In this document: piece after piece, positions 8,749 to 18,024 of the stretch
Layout of the letters: the number at the start of each line of letters is the position of its first letter
Position numbering within the stretch: the stretch's first letter is position 1
IMG/VR virus record: IMGVR_UViG_3300022562_002172
Span: 1-63,201 of that record
Origin: a virus
Lineage: Duplodnaviria > Caudoviricetes
Strand: one strand, 5' to 3'
DNA: 63,201 bases
Program-made: the position numbers and the translations under genes
Notes under the pieces: model-generated
Told to the model about the DNA's origin: nothing
Databases searched by the model: none
What the model saw: the letters and a program-made list of their open reading frames with translations, nothing else

Positions 8749-9599
8749 GATAACCTGGCGGGGCTCCTGACCGTAACCCCTAGGACGTACCAGCGCTGCT
8801 TCCCGTTATTGCGTTCCTTGATGGTCCCAAGGCGAACCTCAGATCCGGGGCTGCAGAGGTCGGCGACCCGCCTCGCTATTGAGTCGGCGAACACGTGCGC
8901 CCGGTGGAACCCGGGGTTCGGGGACTGGAACATCACCGCCACGCTCTCGCGGCCAAACTCTATTGTCTCCTCGGGTTCGCCGTCCCCGAGGTCAGAGGGG
9001 ATGAAGCCCTCGCGCCGAAGCTTCTCGCTCGCAAGGACGACCATCTTCTCCGGCTCCGTCAAGTGTTCGAACGCTTTCTTGAGCATCGGGTTTGCCTCGG
9101 CCAGCGCACTGACCTTCCCGAGGCGCCAGTTCTCGGCCCTCTTCATGGCCAAGGACGACGACAGGCCGGGATGGACTATCGGTTTCGCCTTACGTAGCTC
9201 CCCGTCCTCCCCGACGTAGTCTGGCGGCTGGTAGATGGCCTCCTCCGGGAGCGCCATTACGGACTTTCCGGTCGTCTCGTCCACCAAATAGAGGCTCTTC
9301 GGGCCCTTTCGTTGGACCTCGAGTTCGGCCAGGACCTGACCCACGGCCTTAGCGAGGAGCTCCTCCGTCCCCTCCCTGAGGACTGGGAACGACCGTCCCG
9401 ACCTCGAGACGGACAGAATGCGGAGGAGCTCCTCGGAGGCGGACGACGCCGGGTCGGCCGCAGCAACCGTCTCTCGGGCCTCCGGGTTCTCCTCGAGCTC
9501 CCTTCGGACCATCCTCAGATACGAAAGTAGCTCTTCCCTGTCGTCCCGGACCTCGATGGCGTTCTGGGACGCCTTGGTCAGGCCCTTTTCATTCGTCAT
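8745..9599 (-). CDS. Hypothetical protein
   Basis: Long ORF with protein-like composition. Confidence 0.7.
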   Translation of the reverse strand: MTNEKGLTKASQNAIEVRDDREELLSYLRMVRRELEENPEARETVAAADPASSASEELLRILSVSRSGRSFPVLREGTEELLAKAVGQVLAELEVQRKGPKSLYLVDETTGKSVMALPEEAIYQPPDYVGEDGELRKAKPIVHPGLSSSLAMKRAENWRLGKVSALAEANPMLKKAFEHLTEPEKMVVLASEKLRREGFIPSDLGDGEPEETIEFGRESVAVMFQSPNPGFHRAHVFADSIARRVADLCSPGSEVRLGTIKERNNGKQRWYVLGVTVRSPARLS

Positions 9600-10215
9600 C
9601 GAACACAAACGTCGACCCGGGCTTTTCGACCGGGTCGGCCCCCTTCAAGACCGTTCCTTGTACGAACGGAGTGTTTTGCATGTCGCCAACCTGTCTGGGG
9701 GCGGGGGCTGGTACGGGGGGCGGAACCGGTCTTTCCGCGGTCGTAGTTGGCGCCGTAGCGGGCGCCGGGGCCGGTTCCGGATGTGGTGCGGGAGGATCGG
9801 CTTCCTGGGCAGGAGGCGCCGGCACTCGCGGCTTCGGCATTTTGCTCGCCTCTATGACTGGAAGATTCGCCGTGGAGACCACGACCTGGGGCCTCGGTTG
9901 ACCAACCGGGAGGAATCTTTTGGCCCGGATTTTCGCATAGCGAGGGTCGTCCTCGGAAGCCCTGGGTACTTGGTCGAATAGGGCTTCCTTCCACCCCGTC
10001 ACCCTCTTCTTGAAGAGCGAGTGGTTACCTCCGCTCCTGACGCACTCCGGGTTCTGACAGCGGACGCAAAACACCCTGTTGAACTCGTCGAGCGGGGCCT
10101 GTCCGACGTCGGACATGCACTCTTTGAGAAAGTCTGGACGGACGACTGTCATGGTCCCGGTTACATTACCCCCGTGCGCGCTTGCGTTGACGCTCGCGAT
10201 GTGATAGACTTCCAT
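9589..10215 (-). CDS. Hypothetical protein, Cys cluster plus Pro-rich linker
   Basis: CVRCQNPEC; Pro/Ala-rich segment; start uncertain. Confidence 0.65.
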   Translation of the reverse strand: MEVYHIASVNASAHGGNVTGTMTVVRPDFLKECMSDVGQAPLDEFNRVFCVRCQNPECVRSGGNHSLFKKRVTGWKEALFDQVPRASEDDPRYAKIRAKRFLPVGQPRPQVVVSTANLPVIEASKMPKPRVPAPPAQEADPPAPHPEPAPAPATAPTTTAERPVPPPVPAPAPRQVGDMQNTPFVQGTVLKGADPVEKPGSTFVFDDE

Positions 10216-10287
10216 TGTCGTCGCGCACCCTCATCTCAGAGGGATGTCCATATAGTCCGGGGGGACCCCCGTCGAAGGTAGGTGAGG

Positions 10288-10935
10288 ATGGCTGCTGGTA
10301 GCTCCGTAAACCGCGTTCGGAAGGTCAAGGTGTCGGGTAAGCCAATCAAGGAGCCAGGGAGGCTCCCATGGCCCCGAAAAGCCGAAGACGGGACGGAGTT
10401 GGGGGTCAACGTCCGGGAGAAGCGGCAGGACATCATCAAGATCGTCCACAAATACTTCCGGGTCCCGGACGTTCCAATGGAGGAGCTGATGCAGGAAGTC
10501 TTCCTGCAGATCATCCACAAGAACTACGGACGCAGCGCGCACGATCCGAGGAAATCGAGCTTCGGCCACTATGTCTACCTCGTGGCCAACAATGTGTGCA
10601 TAAACCTCGTCCACCGGAAGAAGCGCTTCGAGAAGGAACGGGACTCCCTGGACGCCCCGAACGGGCACGACGACAGCAGGACGCTCCTCGACACCGTCGA
10701 GGCGTGCGAGGACCCGGAGGATCCGTTCCAGGAGCGCATGGAGGAAGTGGAGGCCGTGATGAGGCAGCGCGGGATGTGGGACCTCGCCAGGTACGTCCGG
10801 GCCGCCCGGTCCGGGGCCTCGCCGGACGTCGTGCGAGAGGCCCTGTCGTGGGGCGGGCGCGAGGTCACAAACCGCGACATCAGGGACATGAGGCACCGCC
10901 TTCAGGAAGCGGTTAGCGCCCTCGTTCCGGCCTAG
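10288..10935 (+). CDS. Divergent sigma-70-like factor (region 2)
   Basis: EELMQEVFLQI...HDPRKSSFGHYVYLVANNVCINLVHRKKR...SLDAP. Confidence 0.7.
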   Translation: MAAGSSVNRVRKVKVSGKPIKEPGRLPWPRKAEDGTELGVNVREKRQDIIKIVHKYFRVPDVPMEELMQEVFLQIIHKNYGRSAHDPRKSSFGHYVYLVANNVCINLVHRKKRFEKERDSLDAPNGHDDSRTLLDTVEACEDPEDPFQERMEEVEAVMRQRGMWDLARYVRAARSGASPDVVREALSWGGREVTNRDIRDMRHRLQEAVSALVPA

Positions 10936-11186
10936 TTCCTGGGTTTCCAGCCCGAGATGCCTTCCATGAAGCGGTTTATCCTCCGCTTCATCGGGGCGCC
11001 CCCCTCCCTGTGCTCCAGCGTGAGCCTCCCCCTGATCAGGGGGAGGGCTGTCTCCGGCCTCTTCAGGAGCTTATTGCACCCGCCGCAGACGAAGACGTCC
11101 TCCAGGATGCCGTCGTCTCCCTTCTTGGCGACGAGCTTTCCGTCCCTGCTGCAGAACCAGCAGGGGCCTGTTATCTCAGAACTCAT
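10932..11186 (-). CDS. Small zinc-finger protein
   Basis: CWFC...CGGC. Confidence 0.65.
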   Translation of the reverse strand: MSSEITGPCWFCSRDGKLVAKKGDDGILEDVFVCGGCNKLLKRPETALPLIRGRLTLEHREGGAPMKRRINRFMEGISGWKPRN

Positions 11187-11781
11187 TCAGAAACAGAGAC
11201 ACTACCCGGTCGAGCGTCAGCCCAGCCTGGAGGTTCACCCGTTCTGACAGCAGGAGGGCGGCTGGGAGGGGGAGCTCGAGCTGGAAGATCCCGGATCCGG
11301 CGACGTTCGCGAGCATCTTCTTCAGGAAGGCCTCGACCAAATCGTTGAATTGGACTGGCTCGTACTTGCCCTGGACGACCGCGTGCGGGTCGCAAAGGCC
11401 CGGGTTTGACCTGACGAAGTGAGTCGAGCACAAGGCGGGACGGACGGGATACGCCAGACAGGTCCCGGACTCGGGCCGCAGGACGGGGCACCTCCTGCCC
11501 ATCATGAACCACGCGGCGGGACTGGCCTCCATTGCTTCCGGCATCTGCGCCTCCGCCCGGGCTCGGACCCCGACCCACTCCCCCGACTCGAGGAGATGGT
11601 CGTACATGATGAGTGCCTCGGCCATCGTCACCTTAACCAACCTACTACAGCACCCGGAGCACCCGGCTTTGCAGGGGGCCGAGCTCCCGAGGACGCGGAG
11701 CCTCCGCCTCTCCGCCTTCGAGGCTGCGTCGACGAGCGCGAGCTTCACGGGCCCGAGGGCCTGTGTAAGTCGGATGTCCAT
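11176..11781 (-). CDS. YkgJ-family CxxCxxCC cysteine cluster protein
   Basis: CKAGCSGCC, CPVL, CLAYPVRPALC. Confidence 0.85.
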   Translation of the reverse strand: MDIRLTQALGPVKLALVDAASKAERRRLRVLGSSAPCKAGCSGCCSRLVKVTMAEALIMYDHLLESGEWVGVRARAEAQMPEAMEASPAAWFMMGRRCPVLRPESGTCLAYPVRPALCSTHFVRSNPGLCDPHAVVQGKYEPVQFNDLVEAFLKKMLANVAGSGIFQLELPLPAALLLSERVNLQAGLTLDRVVSLFLNEF

Positions 11782-12170
11782 TAGGCCTCCGCCCTGAACA
11801 GGCTCCCTATGGCGTCCCCGACCTTGTCCGGCATCTCGCCGGGTGGGCCTCCCTCCATCAAAGCGGCCTTCGCCCAGACGAGCCTCCTGATCCAGAACTC
11901 GAGGGCGGCCCTCTCCCTCGTAAGGCCGGCGACGCCGGAGGACTTCAGGAGGTGCTCCCTACACACGGAGGAGGCCATACGGACAAGCTCTTCCTCCATG
12001 GACAGGACGGAGTGCCCCTCCGGGAGGATTTCCGACAGGCGCCAGAGCCTGGCTAGTCTCGACGCGAAAATGGAGACCGGATCCCTTCTCACTCCGTTCA
12101 CGGGCCACGATACGCCTGCGCCCCGGACATTTACATCCGGGGCGCAGGCGCCAAGGTCGGCGGACCTCAC
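11781..12170 (-). CDS. Hypothetical protein
   Basis: ORF coupled to neighbours (TAATG, GTGA). Confidence 0.55.
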   Translation of the reverse strand: MRSADLGACAPDVNVRGAGVSWPVNGVRRDPVSIFASRLARLWRLSEILPEGHSVLSMEEELVRMASSVCREHLLKSSGVAGLTRERAALEFWIRRLVWAKAALMEGGPPGEMPDKVGDAIGSLFRAEA

Positions 12171-12814
12171 GTGGCGCTGGAGACGGATGCGTCTCCAGCG
12201 ACCTTCTCGACGAACTTCGCGGCCTCGGCGTCGGTGGTCTTCGCCGGGGAGGCCTGGACGTTGTGGACCTTCCCATCGATCTCCTTGAACGCCTTCTTGT
12301 CCTTGATGGCGTTGTAGAACGACTGGCGGGACCAGTATCCGTACTTGTCCGTCACTTTGTGGTACAGAGAGGCGCGGGAGTCCGGGCCTCCCTTGGTGAT
12401 CGTTTCGCTGATCGCCTCCTTGACCGTGGGGCGATTCGGGACCGGGGCCTTCTGCCCGGCGGGCTTCGCCTGGCTCGCACCCGCCTTGGTCGCCTTCGCC
12501 TTGGCCTTCGCCTTGGCAGGCGTCTTCTTCTCTGCCTTCTTGGCGGGTGCTTTCTCCGCCTTCTTCACGGGCGCAGTCGCCTTCTTCACGGGCGCCGCTT
12601 TCACCGGGGTGGACGCGGCGTTGGACAGTCCGGAAAGAAGGCCTGCGAGCTCGCCGGCGTTCTGGACGATGCTCGTCCTGTGCTTCTGGATTGCGGCCAC
12701 CGAGTTGTCGATACCCTTCAGCAGGCTGTTGGCCTTGATCGCCATCTGCTTCGGGGTCATTGCCTTCGTCTTGGCCTTGGCCTTTGCCTCCGCCTTGGGC
12801 TTCGCCTTCGTCAT
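12167..12814 (-). CDS. Lys/Ala-rich histone H1-like DNA-binding protein
   Basis: PVKKA/PAKKA repeats and small C-terminal domain; SD AAGGAG. Confidence 0.7.
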   Translation of the reverse strand: MTKAKPKAEAKAKAKTKAMTPKQMAIKANSLLKGIDNSVAAIQKHRTSIVQNAGELAGLLSGLSNAASTPVKAAPVKKATAPVKKAEKAPAKKAEKKTPAKAKAKAKATKAGASQAKPAGQKAPVPNRPTVKEAISETITKGGPDSRASLYHKVTDKYGYWSRQSFYNAIKDKKAFKEIDGKVHNVQASPAKTTDAEAAKFVEKVAGDASVSSAT

Positions 12815-12888
12815 CTTCTATGTCTCCTTCTTTCCTCTGCTTAAAGACCTTCGTTTAATTACTCCCGGGTCCCAGCGCAAGGGAAATC

Positions 12889-13182
12889 TTATTTGTATTC
12901 TGTCTTAGGTTTTGCCGAAGAACGGTATCCGGCCTTCAGTCCGTCCGAGATGCGGTTGATGTCCATTTCGGAGATCACGCCGAGCTTCCGGCAGATGGCT
13001 TCCTTCCGGTCCTGGTGATTGTCCAGGACTGCCACCATCCTTTGCTTCCCAGCCAGGGAGTATACCGACCGGAGCCTCGTCCAAAGCTGCCGGAAGTCCG
13101 ACCTAGCCCGGGCCATCTTCATCACATTGCACCATACAACGGGGATGTCAACTTGTACGGTGTTCCTAGGATGACCTTTCAT
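12889..13182 (-). CDS. Hypothetical protein
   Basis: ORF; start uncertain. Confidence 0.45.
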   Translation of the reverse strand: MKGHPRNTVQVDIPVVWCNVMKMARARSDFRQLWTRLRSVYSLAGKQRMVAVLDNHQDRKEAICRKLGVISEMDINRISDGLKAGYRSSAKPKTEYK

Positions 13183-13351
13183 GCGGTTTGACGAGTTCCT
13201 CGAAAAGCTGAGGGAGACCCTGGCCGAATACGAGAGGGACGTGGGTCGGAAGGCAAAAACCGTCCGGGAGCTCGAGGACTACGTCAGGCGCCGGAAGCTT
13301 CGACTCTCCGGGAGGCGGCAGCTGACCTCCCTAAAGGGTTTCAACCTATGA
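13181..13351 (+). CDS. Small hypothetical protein (not in ORF track)
   Basis: MRFDEFLEKLRETLAEYERDVG...; ATGA overlap with next gene. Confidence 0.55.
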   Translation: MRFDEFLEKLRETLAEYERDVGRKAKTVRELEDYVRRRKLRLSGRRQLTSLKGFNL

Positions 13352-13671
13352 GCAAGTTCATGGAAGTCGCGGACGCGTGGATGGTCCTCGGCGAGGACCC
13401 GTCCGCCCTCTTCCATGAACTTGTGTCCCATCCGGACGTTCCGTCCAGGGTGAAGGCCGCGGAGGCCGCGCTGGTCCGGGCGGAGAGAATAGGGAAGGCC
13501 CTGCTGTCCGTCCATCACCCGGACAAGAACCCCGGGGACTGCGCCGCCGCCGGGAGGTTCAGGAGGGTTATGGACGCCCTCGAGTCCATCCGTCACCACA
13601 CGGAGGAATTTAAGAGGACTGCGGCGAACGCCCCGAACGGAAAGAAGGGGCCGACGATAGTCATCGGATGA
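13348..13671 (+). CDS. Small J-domain protein
   Basis: AWMVLG...HHPDKNPGD...RFRRVMDALE. Confidence 0.7.
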   Translation: MSKFMEVADAWMVLGEDPSALFHELVSHPDVPSRVKAAEAALVRAERIGKALLSVHHPDKNPGDCAAAGRFRRVMDALESIRHHTEEFKRTAANAPNGKKGPTIVIG

Positions 13672-13693
13672 GTCTCTTGTCGGAGATGTTCAC

Positions 13694-14176
13694 ATGTCCT
13701 GCTCCAGTTGCGGATACGACCCGTGCACGTGCCTGACTGAGGACTGCAGAAAATGCGGCCTCAATCCGTGCTCCTGCCCGTGCGGGACGTGCGGCGGATA
13801 TCCGTGCTCATGCGGCGTTCCGATCGACATGGACGAGAGGGTCAACCTGGACCCGAACAACTGCTCCGTCTGCGACGGGGACACATCGAACAATATCTGG
13901 TTCCAACCCGGGCCGCCCGGGTACCCTGGCAAGTGCAAGCTCGACCTGATGACGTACGGGCAGGTACATAGGGTCCTACAGAGGGTCCCATGCGCCAAAC
14001 GGGACCTTCTGCGGATCACGACCGACCAGTGCCTGGTCCGCCTGGCCAATACGACCCCGCTCATCGTCCCTCCTCAGGAGGACAACCGGGCCGTTCAGCA
14101 GCGGCTGATGAGGAACACCCTTCCCTACTACACGGTCCTCCGCGGGAACACCGGCGGGGACCCGGGGCACGGCTGA
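13694..14176 (+). CDS. Cys-rich protein with three CxxCGxxPCxC repeats
   Basis: CSSCGYDPCTC, CRKCGLNPCSC, CGTCGGYPCSC. Confidence 0.7.
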   Translation: MSCSSCGYDPCTCLTEDCRKCGLNPCSCPCGTCGGYPCSCGVPIDMDERVNLDPNNCSVCDGDTSNNIWFQPGPPGYPGKCKLDLMTYGQVHRVLQRVPCAKRDLLRITTDQCLVRLANTTPLIVPPQEDNRAVQQRLMRNTLPYYTVLRGNTGGDPGHG

Positions 14177-14177
14177 G

Positions 14178-15359
14178 TCAATCCTCGTCCGGGCCCCCGA
14201 CCGAGGGGATCACGACGTAGAAGACGTTGTGCCGCTCGCGCAAGACCTGGAGGTGGATTCCCTCCGGGATCTCCAGGCCGAGGACGCTCTTCACCGCCTC
14301 CCGCGGGCGCTTCTGGAGCTCGTAGTAGAACGCGGGGTCCGCCGCGGCCCTCTCCCTGAGGTCCCTCTCCCAGTCTTCCCTGGGCTTCTCAGAAAGGAGG
14401 GCCCTGATGTCCCTCGCTCCCTCCGGGAGGGCCTTGACCTCGAGCTCGGGCGCCGGCGGAGGGCTCGGGAGGTACAGGGTCTTGTGGCTGAGCTTCCAGT
14501 TGTTGAAGACGTCCTCGCGCGTGGTCAGGGCGTCGGGGCGGACGACGGTCCCTCCCCCGTCGTCCTTGAACAGGTAGTCGCACAGGCTCTTCGGGGCGGC
14601 CTGGTCCGAGAACATGTTCGCATTCGCGCCGAGCCAGTACTCCCAGATGTTCCATCCCTGCTGGCGGACGCAGCAGCTCCCGCCCGAGTCGTACCACTTG
14701 CCGACCACCCGGTACGCCGGATGGTCGTTGACGAAGCCCCGTGACCATCCGGACAGGTCCCAGGAGTGCTTCTCCGGAAACAGGGTCGGGTCCTGGCTCG
14801 TGATCCAGATGTTCCACTTGGCGCCCAGGGTCTCCTTCCAGAGGCCGAGGTCGAAGGCCTTCAGGACGTCGTTCGCCATATCGACGAATTGCTGGTTGTC
14901 TTTGCTCGGGACCTGGGCCGAGGCTAGATCGGACACCGGATAGTTCTTCCCGTCCAGGCCCTTGTAGGTCTTGTTCCAATTCCCGGCGACGTCGTCGTGG
15001 ATACCGGTCAGGTCCATGTTGGCCTGGATGAACGTGGCGTCGAACCTCTGCCAGACGCCGGCGAACGTCCCTTGGAGGCTCGGGGGCGTGTTTGTCGTGT
15101 AGTAGTTGAAGATTCCGGACACGATGCCGGCTACTGCGCCGGCCCCGGGGATCGGGATATCCCCGATGATCCAGATGGCCCCTCCGACGATGATGTCGAT
15201 CCAGGCCTGGCCCGGGTCGTGGTCCGGGTCCTGCGACTGGAGCAGGTAGGCGTTGTTGATCTTGTCTTGGGCGTAGTCGTGGACGAAGTTCGTCAGGTCG
15301 ATCAGGTTGTTGACGTTCGCCTGGACGGCCGCGATCTGTTCCGGGGTGGGTCCGCTCAT
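14178..15359 (-). CDS. Hypothetical protein with C-terminal NHLP-leader/nitrile hydratase-like domain
   Basis: C-terminal RAAADPAF...L...PREAV...LGLEIPEG..LQVLRE....YVVIP. Confidence 0.7.
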   Translation of the reverse strand: MSGPTPEQIAAVQANVNNLIDLTNFVHDYAQDKINNAYLLQSQDPDHDPGQAWIDIIVGGAIWIIGDIPIPGAGAVAGIVSGIFNYYTTNTPPSLQGTFAGVWQRFDATFIQANMDLTGIHDDVAGNWNKTYKGLDGKNYPVSDLASAQVPSKDNQQFVDMANDVLKAFDLGLWKETLGAKWNIWITSQDPTLFPEKHSWDLSGWSRGFVNDHPAYRVVGKWYDSGGSCCVRQQGWNIWEYWLGANANMFSDQAAPKSLCDYLFKDDGGGTVVRPDALTTREDVFNNWKLSHKTLYLPSPPPAPELEVKALPEGARDIRALLSEKPREDWERDLRERAAADPAFYYELQKRPREAVKSVLGLEIPEGIHLQVLRERHNVFYVVIPSVGGPDED

Positions 15360-15376
15360 GGGGCCCACCCTACCGC

Positions 15377-15637
15377 TCAGAAGTCGGTCCTGTCGAGGAC
15401 AAGGCCGGGCGTCATGACGGGAGCGCCGTCACGGCATTTTTTGCAGCACCTGGATTGCGCTGTATAGCACCCGTCTTCGTCCACCGTAACAGTCTGTCTA
15501 TGACCGCACGACAAGACCTCGTAGAGCTCGCTGAGCTCGTCCCCAAAGGGACGTATGAGCTCTTCTGCCACTATTCGGCGCTTTGGGCCGTTCCCCCGCC
15601 TTGGCTTTCCCGTTCGAGTCCTTGAGGGATCCGCCAT
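15377..15637 (-). CDS. Small Cys-containing hypothetical protein
   Basis: LSCGH...RCCKKC; overlaps upstream ORF end. Confidence 0.5.
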   Translation of the reverse strand: MADPSRTRTGKPRRGNGPKRRIVAEELIRPFGDELSELYEVLSCGHRQTVTVDEDGCYTAQSRCCKKCRDGAPVMTPGLVLDRTDF

Positions 15638-16133
15638 AGTACCCATCTAGAGCGCGCTTAACGACGATCCCGACCTTCTCGTTCACGAGCCTGGTCAGGT
15701 CGATGTCCAAAACGTACGCCAGGACGGCCGAGTAGATGATCACGTCCGGAAGCTCGGAGACGACCGCCTTCTTCGCGGCGTCTGGATCGTTCCCGTTCCG
15801 CAGGGCCTTGACGATCTTGTTCGCCATCTCTCCGGCCTCGCCGCACACCCCGAGCGTGTAGTACATGGCCGGGTCCTGGCCGTAGGCGGCGTCCTCCTCC
15901 ATCTCCTTGATGGCACACAGGGCCTTATGTGACTGCAGGACGGACCTGAACAGGTCCTCCTCCGCCCTCTCCTCCGCCACCCTGAGCTCGGCTTCCCTCG
16001 AGGCGAAGGCCTCGTCGGCCTGGACCAGGGCCGGCCCGTCCAGCAGCGGGCCCAGCGCTTCTCTCGTCCTTCGGAGCTCGTCCAGCCTTGCCCTAAGCTC
16101 GCTCTTCGTTTCGTTCAAACCGGCCGAGTCCAA
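15498..16133 (-). CDS. MazG-like nucleotide pyrophosphohydrolase
   Basis: LGVCGEAGEMANKIVK...SELPDVIIY; TTG start with GAGGAGG. Confidence 0.8.
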   Translation of the reverse strand: MDSAGLNETKSELRARLDELRRTREALGPLLDGPALVQADEAFASREAELRVAEERAEEDLFRSVLQSHKALCAIKEMEEDAAYGQDPAMYYTLGVCGEAGEMANKIVKALRNGNDPDAAKKAVVSELPDVIIYSAVLAYVLDIDLTRLVNEKVGIVVKRALDGYYGGSLKDSNGKAKAGERPKAPNSGRRAHTSLWGRAQRALRGLVVRS

Positions 16134-16819
16134 CGTCCGTCCTCCTCGAGTCCATGAAAGCAATCGGACCGTACGGCGACCGCCTCCGCGTGAAGCTCCT
16201 CGTAGAAGGATTCTGGGAAGCCCGTGTCTATCACTTCCTCGCCGGCGTCCGAGACGCCCGTGGTCTCCGCCATCTCGGAGAGGTCCGACACCATCCGGTT
16301 GTAAAACGGGATGATCTCCATGTTCCCGCGAGCGGCCTCTCGGCGCATATACTGGAAGAGGCTCAGGAAGTCCGCCGCCTTCACGACTGCCTTCGTGTAT
16401 CTGTCCCACTTCGTCTCTACGCTGCCGGTCAGCCCGGTGAAGGACCGGATGGTCTTGGACACCGCCTTCACTTCCGGATCGAGCCTCTCGGACAGGAGAG
16501 CCTCGGCGCGGTCAACCTCTGCCTTGAGCTCCGGGGTCGAGTACTTGAAGACGCGGACGACGTCTCCGGTTACGCACTCCTCGAGGTCGTGTATGAGAGA
16601 CGCGAGGACGACCTTTCCGAGCATGTCCCTGTCCGGAAGGATCTCCAGGTGGATCATCGCGGCGTAGATGGCGACCCAGTACGAATGCTCGGCTACGTTC
16701 TCCTGGACCGCGACCGGGATGCTGCTGAATCTCCAGACGGAGCTGAGGCGCCGGACGTCACCGGTCGACGCCCGTATCACCCCTCCCCAAGAGCTTTTCG
16801 ACATCCAGGGAGGATACAT
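16115..16819 (-). CDS. HD-domain 5'-deoxynucleotidase (YfbR-like)
   Basis: RF...ENVAEHS...HDLEECVTGD...VKAAD. Confidence 0.85.
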   Translation of the reverse strand: MYPPWMSKSSWGGVIRASTGDVRRLSSVWRFSSIPVAVQENVAEHSYWVAIYAAMIHLEILPDRDMLGKVVLASLIHDLEECVTGDVVRVFKYSTPELKAEVDRAEALLSERLDPEVKAVSKTIRSFTGLTGSVETKWDRYTKAVVKAADFLSLFQYMRREAARGNMEIIPFYNRMVSDLSEMAETTGVSDAGEEVIDTGFPESFYEELHAEAVAVRSDCFHGLEEDGRWTRPV

Positions 16820-16982
16820 CCGCCCCCTGTTGCCCCGACAGCCTGTTCACGGACGCTCGGATTCCCCTGGACCGGAAGCCCTCGATGAGCTTTGAGGCCT
16901 CCTCGTTCGTCATCATCCCGTGCCGTATGACCAGGTCCCCGTCCTCGTCCACGTATTCAATGGAATAGAAGTCCTTGCCCAC
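16758..16982 (-). CDS. Small hypothetical protein
   Basis: GTG with AAGGAG SD; VGKDFYSIEYVDEDG. Confidence 0.5.
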   Translation of the reverse strand: MGKDFYSIEYVDEDGDLVIRHGMMTNEEASKLIEGFRSRGIRASVNRLSGQQGADVSSLDVEKLLGRGDTGVDR

Positions 16983-17030
16983 GTCGGCTCCTTGTGTAAG
17001 TTCCGATCCGGGACCCGTACCGAGCCGAAG

Positions 17031-17276
17031 ATGGAGAAAGTACCGAAGATCGGGACAGGCAAGTGCTCGGGGTGCGGGCAGAGTGAAAGGCTTCTCGACG
17101 GGGCGTGCGGAGAGTGCAGGAAGAGATACGGCAGGAACTGCGGATACTTCATGGTCCGGGTCAGGAGCGATCCGCGCTTCGCCATGATGTGCTACCGCGC
17201 GCTCCCCGGGGATCACGAGCGCAAGAAGTTCGTGGAGATGTTCGGCGACCCTAGGACGTCGATAGCCGAGCGCTGA
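17031..17276 (+). CDS. Small zinc-binding protein
   Basis: CSGC...CGEC. Confidence 0.6.
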   Translation: MEKVPKIGTGKCSGCGQSERLLDGACGECRKRYGRNCGYFMVRVRSDPRFAMMCYRALPGDHERKKFVEMFGDPRTSIAER

Positions 17277-17282
17277 CGTCGG

Positions 17283-17546
17283 ATGGCGTCCCTCCTAATG
17301 GTTCTCTGGATGTCCTTGGCGTCTATCGGCGTGTGGACAGGGGGACCGCGCGTGCCGCCCCTGGATGCGCTCCAGGCCGCGATTCAGGTCACGTGCCTTG
17401 CTGCGGCGAGCGTCCAGGCCGGCTACATGGAGACCGGGAGGGACTCGAGGCTTCGCAGGCCACTGCAGGTCCTGGCGCTCGCTTTGTTCCTTGCTGCCGT
17501 CGTCCTGAACAATCCGGCCGTCGCGGTGAGGGTGTTCTCTCCCTGA
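17283..17546 (+). CDS. Small membrane protein
   Basis: Two to three hydrophobic segments. Confidence 0.55.
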   Translation: MASLLMVLWMSLASIGVWTGGPRVPPLDALQAAIQVTCLAAASVQAGYMETGRDSRLRRPLQVLALALFLAAVVLNNPAVAVRVFSP

Positions 17547-17547
17547 G

Positions 17548-18015
17548 CTACTTTGACCTGCGGTAGATGTCCACGAGGCTTTCGTCGCGCCTCTCCCGCA
17601 TGGACTCCAGACGGATTATAAGCTTGGCCAGCGGTATCCTCGCTAGTCCGCCAGCGGCCCTCAGCATCGACAGGGCCTTCTCCGGATCCCCTCTGGTCGA
17701 CGTCGCCTGGCCGACAAGCTCCTGAGCCCTCTTGGCCCTTCTCTGTTCCTCCTCGCCCATCGGGAAGAGGACGGCCTCGTCTTCCTCCACGATGGCCCAG
17801 CTCCCGTCCTCCCACGGGACCTCTGCGCTTAGTGCCCGCACGAGCCCGGCTTGGACAACGCGCTGATACCATTCGGGCCCGACGTTCGCCTCCCCCGTGC
17901 GGTTCAGTCTCCAGAACCCATCGCCCTTACGGACGATGAGAAAGTCCGGGATGAGCGGAAGGTCTTCCAGGAGCTCCTCCTCCATGCCGTAGGCGACGAG
18001 GAACTTTCCGTCCAT
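17548..18015 (-). CDS. Hypothetical protein
   Basis: ORF preceded by GTAGGAT-N6-ATG. Confidence 0.7.
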   Translation of the reverse strand: MDGKFLVAYGMEEELLEDLPLIPDFLIVRKGDGFWRLNRTGEANVGPEWYQRVVQAGLVRALSAEVPWEDGSWAIVEEDEAVLFPMGEEEQRRAKRAQELVGQATSTRGDPEKALSMLRAAGGLARIPLAKLIIRLESMRERRDESLVDIYRRSK

Positions 18016-18024
18016 GCCGGGATC

